From the NCBI GenBank assembly GCA_000004985.1, contig GG738869.1: a stretch of 64,000 bases of DNA. One strand, given 5' to 3'. This DNA is from Naegleria gruberi (taxonomy: Eukaryota). Positions 63,522-64,000 of the stretch are shown one piece after another. The translations under genes were made by a program, and so were the position numbers. The notes under the pieces are model-generated. The model was not told the origin of the DNA and made no database searches. It saw only the letters and a list, made by a program, of their open reading frames with translations. Each line of letters opens with the position of its first letter. The stretch's first letter is position 1.

Positions 63522-64000
63522 ATGGGAAAACGAAATGGCTTGAGAAAAGTCGTCTTTTTCAAGATGCATCTCCAGAATGGAACCAACACGATTTGTTCAT
63601 CATCATCGGAAGAAGATTTGGGGAAGATAGCGAGTGGTGTAGAATGGAAGGAATGTAAATGGTGGGAAAATAAGGAAGAGAATATCGAGCATTTGGCAAA
63701 TTATTGTTCCTCTTCCGATCAATTAAAAGTATTACAATTTAATATTTTGAATGATGATTTGGTGAATGAAACTCTTACTGAAAAAATTGCTACCCATAAG
63801 AGATTTGATTATATTGCTCATAAATTGTTGCCAAATTCAAATGCAGATGTGATTTGTTTGAATGAGGTGGGAAATGGATTTTTGAAGAAATTATTGGATG
63901 AATGTTCTGATGGTTGGATGAAAGATGGAAAGTATTTCTATATTTCTCATTTGGATCAAGAAAGATTCTTTGATATTCCATCTAATAAGGTCATTCCTGA
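63522..64000 (+). CDS. endonuclease/exonuclease/phosphatase (EEP) family protein; N-terminal fragment truncated by the window end
   Basis: ATG at 63522 after an A-run. The frame is open to the window end (about 159 codons) and is not in the ORF track because no stop is reached. LKVLQFNILNDD and DVICLNEVGNG match the EEP motifs LxxxTxN and D-h-h-CLQE. Confidence 0.5.
   Translation, partial: MGKRNGLRKVVFFKMHLQNGTNTICSSSSEEDLGKIASGVEWKECKWWENKEENIEHLANYCSSSDQLKVLQFNILNDDLVNETLTEKIATHKRFDYIAHKLLPNSNADVICLNEVGNGFLKKLLDECSDGWMKDGKYFYISHLDQERFFDIPSNKVIP

Noticed and set aside
1-64000. Possibility of reassigned stop codons (ciliate-like code), suggested by single in-frame TAG, TAA and TGA interruptions
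   Set aside because: Long ORFs of up to 1700 codons contain no in-frame stops at all. Gln is encoded by CAA or CAG. ARL1, myosin I and NDUFS7 terminate with TAA exactly at conserved C-termini followed by non-protein-like sequence. The standard code with rare interruptions (mini-introns or pseudogenes) fits better.
1-64000. CRISPR arrays, prokaryotic operons and intact transposable elements
   Set aside because: I found no regularly spaced short direct repeats. The tandem repeats seen are coding: RGG, Cys modules and beta-helix modules. I found no transposase, reverse-transcriptase or integrase-like ORFs. The 21-bp inverted repeat at 13000-13112 is the only TIR-like structure and it lacks coding capacity.

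Overview
The window is AT-rich (roughly two-thirds A+T), gene-dense eukaryotic nuclear DNA that uses the standard genetic code. TAA, TAG and TGA all terminate well-conserved proteins such as ARL1, myosin I, NDUFS7 and the RdRP. I could not identify the organism. Codon bias (TTG, GGT, CAA, AGA, CCA), His tracts, Q-rich tracts and many F-box-like proteins suggest a compact protist or early-diverging opisthokont genome.

The most diagnostic structural trait is extremely short GT..AG spliceosomal introns. Most are 33-56 nt and a few are 68-254 nt. Many abutting ORFs in the six-frame track are therefore exons of one gene.

I recognise about 35 protein-coding genes on both strands:
- Enzymes and transporters: purple acid phosphatase, NDUFS7/NuoB of complex I, a beta-lactamase-like hydrolase, a hotdog-fold thioesterase, a TauE/SafE transporter, and an EEP-family phosphodiesterase cut by the window end.
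- Cytoskeleton and GTPase genes: ARL1, a short-tailed myosin I, and a tubulin-tyrosine-ligase-like protein with a CCCH zinc finger.
- Chromatin, signalling and RNA genes: a SNF2 ATPase, an RCC1-repeat protein, a RING protein, and a large cellular RNA-dependent RNA polymerase that carries Sel1 repeats and a C-terminal TLDc domain.
- Secreted and membrane proteins: an MRH-domain lectin-like protein, a large triplicated parallel beta-helix surface protein, and a 1146-aa cysteine-rich repeat protein with a recent internal tandem duplication and a cationic tail.
- Several F-box-like and kelch proteins.

RNA genes missed by the ORF track form a small RNA polymerase III cluster:
- a tRNA-Asp(GTC) gene that stops abruptly inside its T-loop;
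- an adjacent 21-bp inverted-repeat hairpin;
- an intact tRNA-Leu(CAA);
- a 5S rRNA gene on the minus strand with a T-run terminator.

I found no CRISPR array, prokaryotic operon or intact transposon.

The most unusual items are:
- the RdRP-Sel1-TLDc fusion;
- GT..AG mini-intron candidates whose length is a multiple of three and which contain in-frame stop codons;
- the truncated tRNA;
- an exact histone-H4-tail 10-mer at the N-terminus of an unrelated protein;
- an NDUFS7 without a targeting presequence;
- a frameshifted TTL-family gene.

All coordinates were derived by hand and may be off by 1-2 nt at splice junctions.
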